DNA of 32,000 bases from contig NZ_SNUY01000036.1 in assembly GCF_004376175.1 (NCBI RefSeq), forward strand, positions 8,828-40,827, written 5' to 3'. Below are positions 15,789 through 24,701 of the stretch, in pieces. The position numbers and the translations under genes are program-made. Origin of the DNA: Halalkalibacterium halodurans. Lineage in GTDB: Bacteria > Bacillota > Bacilli > Bacillales > Bacillaceae_D. The notes below the pieces were generated by a model, which had not been told where the DNA came from, searched no databases, and was given only the letters and a program-made list of their open reading frames with translations. The stretch's first letter is position 1; every line of letters starts with the position of its first letter.

Positions 15789-17288
15789 TTGATCGTTGAA
15801 ATGACTGGCATCCATAAATCATTTAGTGGCAACCCAGTGTTAAAGGATGTCTCATTCACCCTAGAAAAAGGGGAAATCCACGCCCTTATGGGTGAAAATG
15901 GCGCTGGAAAGTCCACGTTAATGAAGATCTTAACCGGCATTTATGAACGAGACAGCGGAACGGTAAAAATTAAAGGACGTGAGGTCCATTACAAGCACCC
16001 GAAAGAAGCGGAAGCGGACGGGCTTGCGGTTATCCACCAAGAGCTAAACATTCTTCCCGAGCTAACGGTTGCTGAAAATCTGTTTGTCGGCAAAGAACGT
16101 ACCTACGGAAAAACGGGCTGGATTAAGTCGAAAGAAATGAATCGGCTCGCAGAAGAGAAATTGGCTGAGCTCGGATTAAAGGTGAAAGGCACTGAGCGCG
16201 CAGGGAATCTGTCGGTCGGAAAGCAACAACTCATTGAAATTGCAAAAGCATTGATGACGAATGCCGATATTATTATCATGGATGAACCGACTGCGGCGCT
16301 TACCGATCGGGAAATTGACACCCTTTTTGCCACCGTTCGCGAGTTGCAAAAAAAAGGTGTAACGTTCGTCTACATTTCCCACCGGATGGAGGAAATCTTC
16401 TCCCTCTGTCAACGGATTACGGTGCTTCGTGATGGTGAATATGTTGGGACAAAAGTCATTGCCGAGACGAGCTTCGATGAAATCGTGAAAATGATGGTCG
16501 GCCGCGCATTAGGTAACCGTTTCCCTGAACATACACTCACGCCAGGTGACGTCAAGCTCGAAATTAAACATTTGACTCGTGCTGGCGAATTTGAAAACGT
16601 TTCCCTTTCCGTCAGAGCCGGTGAAATTCTCGGCATTTCCGGGCTCATGGGGGCTGGACGCTCCGAGCTTGTGGAAACGATTTTCGGCTATCGGAAGGCT
16701 GACAGCGGGGAAGTGTGGATTGATGGAAAGCAAGCTGCGATTAAAGGACCGGATCAAGCGATCGCCCAAGGCATCGGCTTTGTTTCGGAAGATCGCAAGT
16801 CAAAAGGGTTAATCGTTGATTTTTCCATTCGAGACAACATTAGCTTAACGAATCTATCACGCATTTCGACCTCAAGCTGGATCTCCAGTGAAAAGGAACG
16901 TTCACTCTACGAAGAGCTCGCGAAAAAGCTCCACGTGAAGGCGTCTGGCCCTTCGCAACAAGCAAAGTCACTAAGTGGTGGCAATCAGCAAAAGATCGTC
17001 ATTGCCAAGTGGCTTGGGATCGAGCCGAAAATTTTAATTTTGGATGAGCCTACTCGCGGAGTGGATGTTGGTGCGAAAAAAGAAATTTACACGATTATGA
17101 ATGAACTCGCTAAGCAAGGAGTGGCCATTATCATGGTCTCTTCCGAATTGCCAGAAGTCATTGGCCTAAGTACACGAGTGGCTGTCATGTTTGAAGGAAA
17201 GCTGATGCACATCCTTGAGCGGGACGAGCTCTCAGAGGAGACGATCATGCATTACGCCACAGGAGGGGATAAACATGTCCGACAATAA
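15789..17288 (+). CDS. rbsA: Ribose ABC transporter ATP-binding protein (duplicated ABC domains)
   Basis: Two Walker A/signature sets: GENGAGKST / LSVGKQQ and GLMGAGRSE / LSGGNQQK. The start is ambiguous. GTG 15780 abuts the SD GGGGG, so TTG 15789 or ATG 15801 is more plausible. The stop is firm. Confidence 0.92.
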   Translation: MIVEMTGIHKSFSGNPVLKDVSFTLEKGEIHALMGENGAGKSTLMKILTGIYERDSGTVKIKGREVHYKHPKEAEADGLAVIHQELNILPELTVAENLFVGKERTYGKTGWIKSKEMNRLAEEKLAELGLKVKGTERAGNLSVGKQQLIEIAKALMTNADIIIMDEPTAALTDREIDTLFATVRELQKKGVTFVYISHRMEEIFSLCQRITVLRDGEYVGTKVIAETSFDEIVKMMVGRALGNRFPEHTLTPGDVKLEIKHLTRAGEFENVSLSVRAGEILGISGLMGAGRSELVETIFGYRKADSGEVWIDGKQAAIKGPDQAIAQGIGFVSEDRKSKGLIVDFSIRDNISLTNLSRISTSSWISSEKERSLYEELAKKLHVKASGPSQQAKSLSGGNQQKIVIAKWLGIEPKILILDEPTRGVDVGAKKEIYTIMNELAKQGVAIIMVSSELPEVIGLSTRVAVMFEGKLMHILERDELSEETIMHYATGGDKHVRQ

Positions 17289-18219
17289 ACAAATAAAGTC
17301 GCTGCTTACTACTATTGGACCGTTTATAGGATTGTTTTTTATCGTTTTGATCATTAGTTTCTTAAACCCTGATTTCCTCTCATTATCAAATATTATGAAC
17401 GTCTTACGGCAAGTGTCGATCAACGCCTTAATTGCCTTCGGGATGACCTTTGTTATTTTAACAGGCGGGATTGATTTATCCGTTGGGGCCATTCTCGCTC
17501 TGTCCAGTGCTGTCACAGCATGGTTAATGGTCAACAGCGTCGATCCGATCTTAGCCGTTCTGATCGGTCTATTGGCCGGTACTCTCTTTGGTGCGATTAA
17601 CGGATTGGTGATTTCCAAAGGGAAGGTAGCCCCTTTTATTGCCACATTGGCGACGATGACGATTTATCGAGGACTCACACTCGTGTTTACCGATGGTCGT
17701 CCGATTTCAGGATTTGAGTCGTCGACGATGTTTGAAATGCTCGGCAGAGGATATTTCTTCGGAATTCCGGTTCCTGCCGTGACAATGATCATTAGCTTCA
17801 TCATTCTTTACCTCATTTTAAAGAAAACGACGTTCGGTCGTCGCGTGTATGCTGTTGGTGGTAACCAAGAAGCGGCGATCTTATCAGGGATTAAAGTAGA
17901 CCGAATCAAAATTTATGTCTACTCATTAACCGGTTTTTTATCGGCCCTTGCCGGTATGATTTTAACCTCCCGTTTATATTCGGCTCAGCCTACTGCTGGA
18001 AGCATGTATGAGCTTGATGCGATTGCTGCCGTTGTCCTTGGTGGGACGAGCTTAACGGGAGGCCGAGGTTGGATCGTCGGTACCTTAATCGGTGCCTTGA
18101 TCATAGGAGTCCTAAACAATGGACTGAACTTGTTGGGCGTAAGCTCATTTTTCCAGCAAGTTGTCAAAGGGAGTGTCATTTTACTCGCGGTCTTATTGGA
18201 TCGTAGAAAATCAGCGTAA
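17275..18219 (+). CDS. rbsC: Ribose ABC transporter permease
   Basis: ATG 17275 follows AGGAGGGG. 314 aa, polytopic, with GGIDLSVG and other RbsC-type (binding-protein-dependent, family 2) motifs. Overlaps the rbsA end by 14 nt. Confidence 0.92.
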   Translation: MSDNKQIKSLLTTIGPFIGLFFIVLIISFLNPDFLSLSNIMNVLRQVSINALIAFGMTFVILTGGIDLSVGAILALSSAVTAWLMVNSVDPILAVLIGLLAGTLFGAINGLVISKGKVAPFIATLATMTIYRGLTLVFTDGRPISGFESSTMFEMLGRGYFFGIPVPAVTMIISFIILYLILKKTTFGRRVYAVGGNQEAAILSGIKVDRIKIYVYSLTGFLSALAGMILTSRLYSAQPTAGSMYELDAIAAVVLGGTSLTGGRGWIVGTLIGALIIGVLNNGLNLLGVSSFFQQVVKGSVILLAVLLDRRKSA

Positions 18220-18232
18220 AGGAGAGGTTGAA

Positions 18233-19168
18233 ATGAAAAAAGGATTACTTTGGATGATGCTAGTAGCACTTGCGGCATTCATGGTCGCGTGCTCGACCGA
18301 GTCCCCAGTGGATGAAGGAAATGCTGAAGGAGGTACAAGTGAAGGAGGGGACGGCGACTTCACGGTTGGTCTTTCCATCTCTACACTTAATAATCCATTC
18401 TTCGTAACCCTTCAAGAGGGAGCAGAAGCGAAAGCTGAGGAACTTGGAGTTGATCTAATTACAGTTGATGCACAAGATGACGATGCAAAGCAAATTAGTG
18501 ACGTGGAAGACTTAATCCAACGCGGGGTTGACCTAATTTTAATCAACCCTACCGATTCTACTTCCGTTACGTCTGCCATCGCGGCTGCGAATGCGGCGGG
18601 AATTCCTGTTATTACCGTTGACCGTGGCGCAGAAGGCGGAGAAGTCGCATCCCATATTGCCTCTGACAACGTCGCTGGTGGTGAAATGGCTGGAGAGCTT
18701 CTAAAAGAGCTTGTAGGCGAAGGTGCCGAAGTAGCTGAGCTTGAAGGAATTCCTGGCTCCTCTGCTGCTCGTGAGCGCGGAGAAGGCTTCCACAACGTTG
18801 CAGAAGGTAGCCTTGAAGTGGCAGCAAAACAAACAGCCAACTTTAACCGTGCCGAAGGACTAACCGTCATGGAAAACATTTTGCAAAGCAACCCTGAGAT
18901 TACAGGTGTATTTGCTCACAATGACGAAATGGCACTAGGTGCCCTTGAAGCGATCGATGCTGCTGGTCGTGATGACATTGTCATTGTCGGCTTTGATGCA
19001 ACAGACGACGCAGTAGCTGCTGTGGAAGCTGGTCGTTTAGCGGGTACGGTCGCTCAACAACCAACGCTTATTGGTGAGACTGCGGTTGCAACAGCATTCT
19101 CTGTTCTTAGCGGAGACGATGTTGAAGAGTTTATCCCCGTTGATCTTGAGCTTGTAACAAACGAATAA
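18233..19168 (+). CDS. rbsB: Ribose ABC transporter substrate-binding lipoprotein
   Basis: ATG 18233 follows AAAGGAGAGG. Signal peptide plus lipobox (LAAFMVAC), then an acidic linker (STESPVDEGNAEGGTSEGGDGD), then an RbsB-like PBP fold (LSISTLNNPFFV..., ...AHNDEMALGA...). Confidence 0.92.
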   Translation: MKKGLLWMMLVALAAFMVACSTESPVDEGNAEGGTSEGGDGDFTVGLSISTLNNPFFVTLQEGAEAKAEELGVDLITVDAQDDDAKQISDVEDLIQRGVDLILINPTDSTSVTSAIAAANAAGIPVITVDRGAEGGEVASHIASDNVAGGEMAGELLKELVGEGAEVAELEGIPGSSAARERGEGFHNVAEGSLEVAAKQTANFNRAEGLTVMENILQSNPEITGVFAHNDEMALGALEAIDAAGRDDIVIVGFDATDDAVAAVEAGRLAGTVAQQPTLIGETAVATAFSVLSGDDVEEFIPVDLELVTNE

Positions 19169-19182
19169 AAAGAAAAATCGTG

Positions 19183-19222
19183 GCTGTCTCAAAAGTCTAT
19201 CTTTTGAGGCAGCTTTTCTGAT
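19183..19222 (+). terminator. Rho-independent terminator of the rbs operon
   Basis: GCTGTCTCAAAAG-N5-CTTTTGAGGCAGC forms a 13-bp stem with one G-U pair on the plus strand. TTTTCTGATTCGTTTT follows, 15 nt after the rbsB stop. Confidence 0.85.
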
Positions 19223-19239
19223 TCGTTTTAGAAATCGCA

Positions 19240-19470
19240 ACTTGGCTAAAGTTCACACCACAGGCACAAGTGCAACATCGACTCACGCACCCTTTGTTTG
19301 CATTCGTCGTGTTTTCTTTGCGGCAGGCAACGCTCCAGCTTCCTCGAGGCCCCCCCACTCTCGACGATCTTCCGCTTTTGCTTTTCACGCAGGAGTCGCC
19401 GCCTGTCGCTCCCCCTGCTCATCAAGTGGAGTAGAAGATTTTTCCTCTATATTTAATGCGCGGAGACGAT
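19240..19470. other. GC-rich intergenic element with nested helices; candidate repeat element or small RNA
   Basis: A sampled 60-nt line (19321-19380) is 39/60 G+C, against about 45-50% in flanking genes. Three nested complementary pairs are present: GCGGCAGGC (19320-19328) with GCCTGTCGC (19401-19409), CGCTCC (19331-19336) with GGAG-T-CG (19392-19398), and TCGAG (19344-19348) with CTCGA (19360-19364). The ORFs on both strands lack an SD. Confidence 0.35.
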
Positions 19471-19480
19471 GAATGACTTG

Positions 19481-20083
19481 TCATGACTGTATTGCCCCTT
19501 TCAAGAAAACATGGACGGTCTGCTCGACAATCGGCAGAACTCGCCTTTCGATCGAACGAATCGATTCATCTGAATCTTTATACGTCATGATCATCCCGTG
19601 TAATGCGTAGTACAGCATCCTGCTTAGTGAAACGACCCGCTCCTCATTCCATGGTTGATGATTTAATGCAACCGCCTTCTTTAGCATGTCAAACAACTGC
19701 ATGCGAATGTCGTTAAGCTCCCAAAGTGTTGTCGGAATATCAACACGTGTCGCTTCTGCATGAAGAAAGGCTTCATATAAATTGCGGTGAACCAAACCGA
19801 AATGAACAAACCGTTTGGCAAGGCCAACAAGCCGATCCGATGGTGTCACCGATGACTTGGTGAGAATTTGCCTCACATCCTCTCGTAACTCGTTGAGCGG
19901 CTTTTTTGCCAACAACTCAAGCAGTTTACGCTTCTCTCCATAATAAACATAAATGCTCGTATGGGAACACCCAGCTTTACGAGCAATTTCACGAACAGTT
20001 ACTTGATGGTACCCCTTCACTTGAAATAGTTCTTCTGCTGCTTTTAAGATCCTTTCTTTGGCTTGCCCATCCTTTGTACTCAT
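19481..20083 (-). CDS. TetR/AcrR-family transcriptional regulator
   Basis: 200 aa. The N-terminus ILKAAEELFQVKGYHQVTVREIARKAGCSHTSIYVYYGEK is a TetR HTH. Confidence 0.9.
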   Translation of the reverse strand: MSTKDGQAKERILKAAEELFQVKGYHQVTVREIARKAGCSHTSIYVYYGEKRKLLELLAKKPLNELREDVRQILTKSSVTPSDRLVGLAKRFVHFGLVHRNLYEAFLHAEATRVDIPTTLWELNDIRMQLFDMLKKAVALNHQPWNEERVVSLSRMLYYALHGMIMTYKDSDESIRSIERRVLPIVEQTVHVFLKGAIQS

Positions 20084-20101
20084 CTCTTTCTCCCTTTCTT
20101 A

Positions 20102-20143
20102 TAACCATTGGTTACTAATATGCTACATTCTATTTCGTTTCAA
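20102..20143 (-). promoter_or_regulatory. Putative tetR promoter (TTGAAA-17 nt-TATTAG) with the inverted repeat TAACC-N3-GGTTA just downstream
   Basis: On the minus strand, the -35 is the complement of 20138-20143 and the -10 is the complement of 20115-20120. The palindrome at 20102-20114 lies between the -10 and the SD. This position is typical of TetR autoregulation. Confidence 0.4.
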
Positions 20144-20254
20144 GGCTCTCCTAAGAAGATAGCATATTTTTAACATAAGAAAAAGGAGACAGTCCGATTT
20201 AACGGTCCATCTCCCTTTCCAAAAAGGTGCATGTTAGGTGCTGCGTTTTTTTAA

Positions 20255-20512
20255 TTATTGGCCAGCTTCTTCGTCTTCGTCAGCTTCTTCTTCAAGCTCA
20301 AGCTCTTCGTCAAGATCATCTGCTGGTTCTTCTTCAAGGTCAGCTGCTGGATCTTCTTCAAGATCGGCTGCTGGATCCTCTACACCTGCTGGATCTTCTA
20401 CACCTGCTGGATCTTCTTGCATATCGCCTTCTTCAACTGGTTCTCCACACGCAGCAAGTACGCCTAATGCTAATACTGCAGAAGCAGTAGTCATCAATAC
20501 TTTCTTTTTCAT
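20255..20512 (-). CDS. Small, extremely acidic lipoprotein with tandem peptide repeats
   Basis: 85 aa. MKKKVLMTTASAVLALGVLAAC is a signal peptide plus lipobox. The mature part is about half Asp/Glu and contains 2x EDPAGV and 2x EDPAADLE repeats. Confidence 0.7.
   Translation of the reverse strand: MKKKVLMTTASAVLALGVLAACGEPVEEGDMQEDPAGVEDPAGVEDPAADLEEDPAADLEEEPADDLDEELELEEEADEDEEAGQ
20329..20418. repeat. In-frame tandem DNA repeats inside the acidic lipoprotein gene: an 18-bp unit x2 and a 24-bp unit x2
   Basis: CACCTGCTGGATCTTCT(A/T) occurs at 20383-20400 and 20401-20418. GCTGCTGGAT recurs at 20343 and 20367, a 24-bp period. Confidence 0.8.
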
Positions 20513-20686
20513 TTTAAAAAACCCCCTGATACAGTAATTGACTAACTTGATGTTGCTTTGCTGTTAGTCTGTGTGTATCTTAGCAAGGATATTCGTCTAC
20601 GTCTATGAAATGCGTGGTTTTTCGGAATTCTCTTCCTAACTTTTCACTGTCTCTCACAGTTTCCCATAAATCCGTACTCAAAAAAA

Positions 20687-20726
20687 CACAGCTAGTCCTT
20701 GTTATCACAAGGGTTGCCGTGTTTTT
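20687..20726. terminator. Imperfect hairpin flanked by A- and T-runs; candidate bidirectional terminator about 100 nt downstream of fabZ
   Basis: AAAAAAACACAGCTAGTCCTTGT-TATC-ACAAGGGTTGCCGTGTTTTT. The stem has several mismatches. Confidence 0.35.
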
Positions 20727-20822
20727 AGCATGTTATTGATATGTATGGCGACGAAGTGCCCTAACCTCATTGAGCGTGGCCATAATGTCTCAATTTCACT
20801 AAAATAAAAGACCAGAAGGGGA

Positions 20823-21245
20823 TTATTTAATGGCGAACATTAAATCCGTTTCCGCCACTGTTTTCCCATTTACAGACGCAACGCCACGTCCTTTACCGAC
20901 CGGACCTTTCATACGTACAATCTCCACTTCCAAACGAAGCTGATCACCTGGCTTCACTTGTTCCTTGAAGCGGCAATTATCGATTCCGGCAAAAAAGGCA
21001 AGCTTGCCTTTATTTTCTTCTACGTTTAAGATCGCGCATGCTCCTACTTGTGCCAACGCTTCCACAATTAAAACCCCAGGCATCACAGGATAATCTGGAA
21101 AATGACCGTTAAAAAAGTCTTCGTTTACCGTTACATTTTTAATCCCTACCGCTCGCTTTCCGTCTTCTAATTCCTCTAAACGGTCAATGAGTAAAAACGG
21201 GTAGCGATGTGGAATAATTTTTTTAATGTCTTCAATGGTAAGCAT
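20823..21245 (-). CDS. fabZ: 3-hydroxyacyl-ACP dehydratase
   Basis: ATG 21245 follows AAAGGTGG. The 140-aa product is [23 protein letters not shown]...[23 protein letters not shown], the canonical FabZ sequence. The track ORF adds 19 unsupported codons. Confidence 0.95.
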   Translation of the reverse strand: MLTIEDIKKIIPHRYPFLLIDRLEELEDGKRAVGIKNVTVNEDFFNGHFPDYPVMPGVLIVEALAQVGACAILNVEENKGKLAFFAGIDNCRFKEQVKPGDQLRLEVEIVRMKGPVGKGRGVASVNGKTVAETDLMFAIK

Positions 21246-21355
21246 AGAGAACCACCTTTCGAATCGATTTATTTCGTTATTATACCACGACCACGTTATC
21301 AAGTCCTACTTGCGACGTGTCGTTACCGTGTATACGGGCAAACGAAAAAGGGAGT

Positions 21356-21658
21356 TTATTCTACTCCCTCAATAATATCAAGAATATGACGCCATGTATC
21401 AGGACTCAGTGCATCTAATGGGGCGCCTCCACCTATGACTCCGTACCCAAATATTAGACCGAGAACTGCACTTGCGGCGATGAGGAATAGAACGACAATC
21501 AGGCGGAGCCAAATCGGAAATGCACGAATGCGAGCTTTGCGGTTCCCGACTTTTCGTTTTGATGTTTTCTCTTGCCGTTTGGCCTTACGCTTTTCAATCC
21601 GACTCGCTTTTTTCCCATTTTTAGTTGGCGCGGCTTTCGTTTCAGTTTGATCAATCAT
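21356..21658 (-). CDS. Small membrane protein with a Lys/Arg-rich N-terminus; possibly EpuA-family
   Basis: 100 aa. A highly basic N-terminal 45 aa, one TM (FPIWLRLIVVLFLIAASAVLGLIFGYGVI) and a C-terminal GGAPLDALSPDTWRHILDII. As far as I recall, this resembles the short Firmicute EpuA family, which is often mislabelled RNA polymerase beta subunit. Confidence 0.5.
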   Translation of the reverse strand: MIDQTETKAAPTKNGKKASRIEKRKAKRQEKTSKRKVGNRKARIRAFPIWLRLIVVLFLIAASAVLGLIFGYGVIGGGAPLDALSPDTWRHILDIIEGVE

Positions 21659-21682
21659 GACGTGAATCTCCCTTAATTATTA

Positions 21683-21728
21683 GAAAAGACAAAAGCGCAA
21701 GGCACCTATTTTTTAGGTGACAAGCGCT
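21683..21728 (-). terminator. Terminator-like bipartite hairpin after flhP
   Basis: On the minus strand, AGCGC-TTGT-CACCT-N7-AGGTG-CCTT-GCGCT is followed by TTTGTCTTTT. Confidence 0.45.
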
Positions 21729-21805
21729 GTCCAGCTCTTAAACATGTTGTGCCTAATCCTACCCGCTGACCCAGAAGGAACAGCTTTCGATGAGTCGCTC
21801 TGTGA

Positions 21806-22648
21806 TTAACGACGTAGTCCGTTCACAAGCCCCATCATTTGATCGGCCATGCTCACAGAGCGGGCATTAAACTGATAATTCCGTTGTGTCTCAATCAAAT
21901 CTGTCATCTCTCGGCCAATATCAACGTTTGAACCTTCAAGTGTGCCCTGCACCACTGCACCGCCACCTGCACCGACCGCTGCGTAGACCTCATTCTCTGC
22001 AAAGCCTAACGCCGCTAAGTCAGGAAGTTGAAACATATTTCCGCCGACAGCCTCAAGAAGTTGTGGCTTCATCACTTGAATGAGCTGCAACTGTGCCGCT
22101 TGAACGTTCGCACCATTCGGCATGGTCACTTGGAGCGTCCCTTGATCGGTTAACGTAATCTCTTCAAATGTAGCCGGAATGTTAATGCGATTCCCGGCAC
22201 TATCTAACAAATAATCGCCGTTTTGCGTAACAAGCTGAAGCAAGTTGTCATTGTTAGGGTTAGCCGTTAAGTAAAAAGCTCCATCTCGAGTCAGACGTGT
22301 AACGGGATTTCCGTCCACAACCGTCTCAATTTCAAAAAAAGAGGACGGATTGGCAATGGCAAAGTCAAGAGCACGGTCGGTTGTCGTGAGTGTCCCTTGC
22401 TCCATGCGTAGAGCTGTCTGGCTTACTTTCGCTCCTGAACCGACACGAATACCGTTTGGGGTCAATCGACCCGTTTCATATTGGGTTGCTTTATTCGTAT
22501 TCACCTGTTGGAATAACAAGTCAGAAAATGATGCTTCTCGCCGTTTATAGCCTGTCGTATTCGAGTTTGCGATATTATGTGATAGTGTATCAAGCTTTTT
22601 TTGAAGCTCTCCCATTGTGACAGATGCTGAAATCATCGATAAATTCAT
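21806..22648 (-). CDS. flhP: Flagellar basal-body rod protein (FlgG/FlhP-like)
   Basis: 280 aa. The N-terminal LDTLSHNIANSNTTGYK and C-terminal GTLEGSNVDIGREMTDLIETQRNYQFNARSV are rod/hook family signatures. It is the second rod gene after mbl, as in B. subtilis (mbl-flhO-flhP). Confidence 0.85.
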   Translation of the reverse strand: MNLSMISASVTMGELQKKLDTLSHNIANSNTTGYKRREASFSDLLFQQVNTNKATQYETGRLTPNGIRVGSGAKVSQTALRMEQGTLTTTDRALDFAIANPSSFFEIETVVDGNPVTRLTRDGAFYLTANPNNDNLLQLVTQNGDYLLDSAGNRINIPATFEEITLTDQGTLQVTMPNGANVQAAQLQLIQVMKPQLLEAVGGNMFQLPDLAALGFAENEVYAAVGAGGGAVVQGTLEGSNVDIGREMTDLIETQRNYQFNARSVSMADQMMGLVNGLRR

Positions 22649-22687
22649 GTTTGTGAACTCCTTATTTCAAGCAAGTAATTGCCTTTT

Positions 22688-23512
22688 CTACCCAATACGT
22701 CCCACTTCATTTACGGCTTTTCCGAGGCTCTCATCGTACGCACGAAGGACCTGTTGATTTGCTTCGAATGTGCGATAGGCTTGCATCATTTCCGTCATCG
22801 TTTGAGCCGCATCTACATTTGAACGTTCAATAAAGCCTTGTTGCAATTGGTAATTAACAGCCGCGTTACCGACCCCTGTTGGCAACTCTCCGTCTCCTTC
22901 AAAGCGAAGAAGGCCATTTCCTTCTTTTACGAGTTGCATCGGATCTTCAGCCACGACGACGTTAATCTGTCCGATGGCGGCACCTGCCTCATCGGTAATC
23001 ATCCCATCGCCATCTACATTGAACCATTCATTGTTTACTTGCAATGGGTTTCCATCTGTTCCGAGAACATAAAAGCCATCGCCCGTTGTTAAAAAGCCGT
23101 CCCCGTCCACAGTGAAGTTTCCATTACGAGTGTAGCGAACCTCGCCGTTCTCATTCTGCACAGTGTAGAAGAGCGCCCAAGGCTGACCGTTTTCTTCGTT
23201 CGTTGGCATAACCCCTTGCAATAGTGCAACATCCGTATTATTTTGCGTTTCTACTAAATCACCTTGGCGAAAGTTGGGCATTCGCTCTTGCAAGTACACT
23301 CCAGTCGTTAACTCCCCAATGACGGGAGCAACCCCTTTCGGAACATTCCCCGTGTTCATTGCGGCAATTAACATATTCGGAAATGCACGTATCGCTGCCT
23401 GATCCGCTTTATACCCAGGTGTGTTCACATTGGCTAAATTATTTGTTAACATCTCTTGACGTTGTTGCTGCGTAATCATTCCGGCAGCTGCACCCCATAG
23501 TCCACGAAGCAT
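22688..23512 (-). CDS. flhO: Flagellar basal-body rod protein (FlgG/FlhO-like)
   Basis: 274 aa. MLRGLWGAAAGMITQQQRQEMLTNNLANVNTPGYK ... GFIERSNVDAAQTMTEMMQAYRTFEANQQVL. Confidence 0.85.
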   Translation of the reverse strand: MLRGLWGAAAGMITQQQRQEMLTNNLANVNTPGYKADQAAIRAFPNMLIAAMNTGNVPKGVAPVIGELTTGVYLQERMPNFRQGDLVETQNNTDVALLQGVMPTNEENGQPWALFYTVQNENGEVRYTRNGNFTVDGDGFLTTGDGFYVLGTDGNPLQVNNEWFNVDGDGMITDEAGAAIGQINVVVAEDPMQLVKEGNGLLRFEGDGELPTGVGNAAVNYQLQQGFIERSNVDAAQTMTEMMQAYRTFEANQQVLRAYDESLGKAVNEVGRIG

Positions 23513-23589
23513 GTTCCAATCCTCCCATTCATTAGGAACGAACTGAGCGATCTACAATCGTCGTTCCATCTAGACAAATTTCGCCATGA

Positions 23590-24594
23590 TTATATACGAA
23601 CTTTCTTACTTGACATCCGATCCAAGTTTTCAAGAATAATGCCTGTCCCTTTCGCTACACAATCCATCGGGTCTTCTGCCACAAGGACAGGAACTCTTAA
23701 TTCTTCCGATAAGAGTTGATCGATTCCGTGGAGTAATGCGCCACCACCAGTTAAGATAACACCGCGATCAATAATGTCCGCAGAGAGCTCTGGAGGCGTT
23801 TGCTCGAGCACTTGCTTTGAAGCCTGAACTATGTATGACACTGCTTCCGCTAATGCTTCTTGTATCTCCTTTGAGTTTACCGTAATCGTTCTTGGAAGTC
23901 CACTCACCATATCGCGACCGCGAATGTCAATTTCTTCATAACGAGCATCAGGAAATACTGTTGCAACTTCTTTTTTGATGTTTTCTGCCGTCCGTTCCCC
24001 GATCAACAGCTTGTACTCTTTTTTCACATAATTTAAAATTTCCGAATCCATCCGGTCTCCCGCCACTTTGATGGAGGAGGCGGTGACGATATCTCCCATG
24101 GATAAAACAGCCACATCGGTTGTACCACCACCAATGTCTACGACCATGTTCCCGCTTGGTTGGAAAATATCCATCCCCGCTCCAATCGCTGCTACTTTTG
24201 GTTCTTCCTCCAAATAGACGTCCTTTCCTCCGCTTTTTTCTGCTGCTTGCCGTATCGCTTTCTGTTCGACAGACGTAATGTTCGTCGGGCAGCAAATTAA
24301 AATACGGGGTTTAGAGAATGCGCTTTTCACTTTCATTTTATTCAAAAAGTGTTTAAGCATAGATTCCGTCAGTTCAAAGTTGGCGATAACCCCATCCTTC
24401 AAAGGACGTACGGCAACAATATTTCCTGGTGTTCGTCCGACCATGCGGAACGCTTCATCTCCGACTGCCAATACGCGGTTTGTCGATGTCTCTACAGCAA
24501 CGACAGACGGCTCATTCAAGACGATGCCTTTCCCCTTTACGTAGATCAAAACATTTGCGGTGCCTAAATCAATCCCTATATCCCTTCCAAACAT
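23590..24594 (-). CDS. mbl: MreB-like rod-shape determining actin homolog Mbl
   Basis: 334 aa, nearly collinear with B. subtilis Mbl (MFxRDIGIDLGTANVLIxVKGKGIVLNEPSVVA...). Its position next to spoIIID supports Mbl rather than MreB. Confidence 0.93.
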   Translation of the reverse strand: MFGRDIGIDLGTANVLIYVKGKGIVLNEPSVVAVETSTNRVLAVGDEAFRMVGRTPGNIVAVRPLKDGVIANFELTESMLKHFLNKMKVKSAFSKPRILICCPTNITSVEQKAIRQAAEKSGGKDVYLEEEPKVAAIGAGMDIFQPSGNMVVDIGGGTTDVAVLSMGDIVTASSIKVAGDRMDSEILNYVKKEYKLLIGERTAENIKKEVATVFPDARYEEIDIRGRDMVSGLPRTITVNSKEIQEALAEAVSYIVQASKQVLEQTPPELSADIIDRGVILTGGGALLHGIDQLLSEELRVPVLVAEDPMDCVAKGTGIILENLDRMSSKKVRI

Positions 24595-24656
24595 GATGTG
24601 ATCCTCCCTATTAACTAAACCTTTTGTTCTAAATCATTCTTCATACCTAATTCATC

Positions 24657-24665
24657 ATTTTAACA
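24657..24665 (-). promoter_or_regulatory. Possible extended -10 (TGTTAAAAT) for mbl
   Basis: The complement of 24657-24665 reads TGTTAAAAT, about 60 nt upstream of the mbl start. No convincing -35 is present. Motif match only. Confidence 0.25.
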
Positions 24666-24701
24666 TAATTTGTTCATACAGGGATTGATTTTTTTGAAAT
24701 T

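Noticed and set aside
17232-18891. Long antisense ORFs inside rbsC and rbsB (137 aa at 17232-17645, 97 aa at 17985-18278, 159 aa at 18412-18891, 71 aa at 18612-18827)
   Set aside because: They lie opposite well-supported genes, have no SD, and have Ser/Ala/Pro/Arg-rich low-complexity translations. This is typical of the reverse strand of GC-biased coding DNA.
19197-19472. ORFs of 76 aa (plus strand) and 63 aa (minus strand) in the rbsB-tetR intergenic region
   Set aside because: They have no ribosome-binding sites, overlap each other on opposite strands, and have Arg/Ser/Cys/Ala-rich composition. The DNA is better explained by nested RNA or DNA helices, so I treat it as a structured element.
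20227-20537. Plus-strand ORFs rich in Ser, Leu or Phe (87, 99 and 69 aa), and a possible CRISPR-like or minisatellite array
   Set aside because: They are the antisense and shifted frames of the acidic repeat lipoprotein gene. The repeats have only two copies each, are directly adjacent with no spacers, are in frame, and lie inside a gene with a clear signal peptide. This is not a CRISPR array.
23513-23589. Stem-loop (GGAACGA...TCGTTCC with an inner CGAT/ATCG) between mbl and flhO as a terminator
   Set aside because: No U-tract follows it on the minus strand, and flhO/flhP are expected to be co-transcribed with mbl. It may be an RNA processing or stability element, but the sequence gives no support for a specific call.
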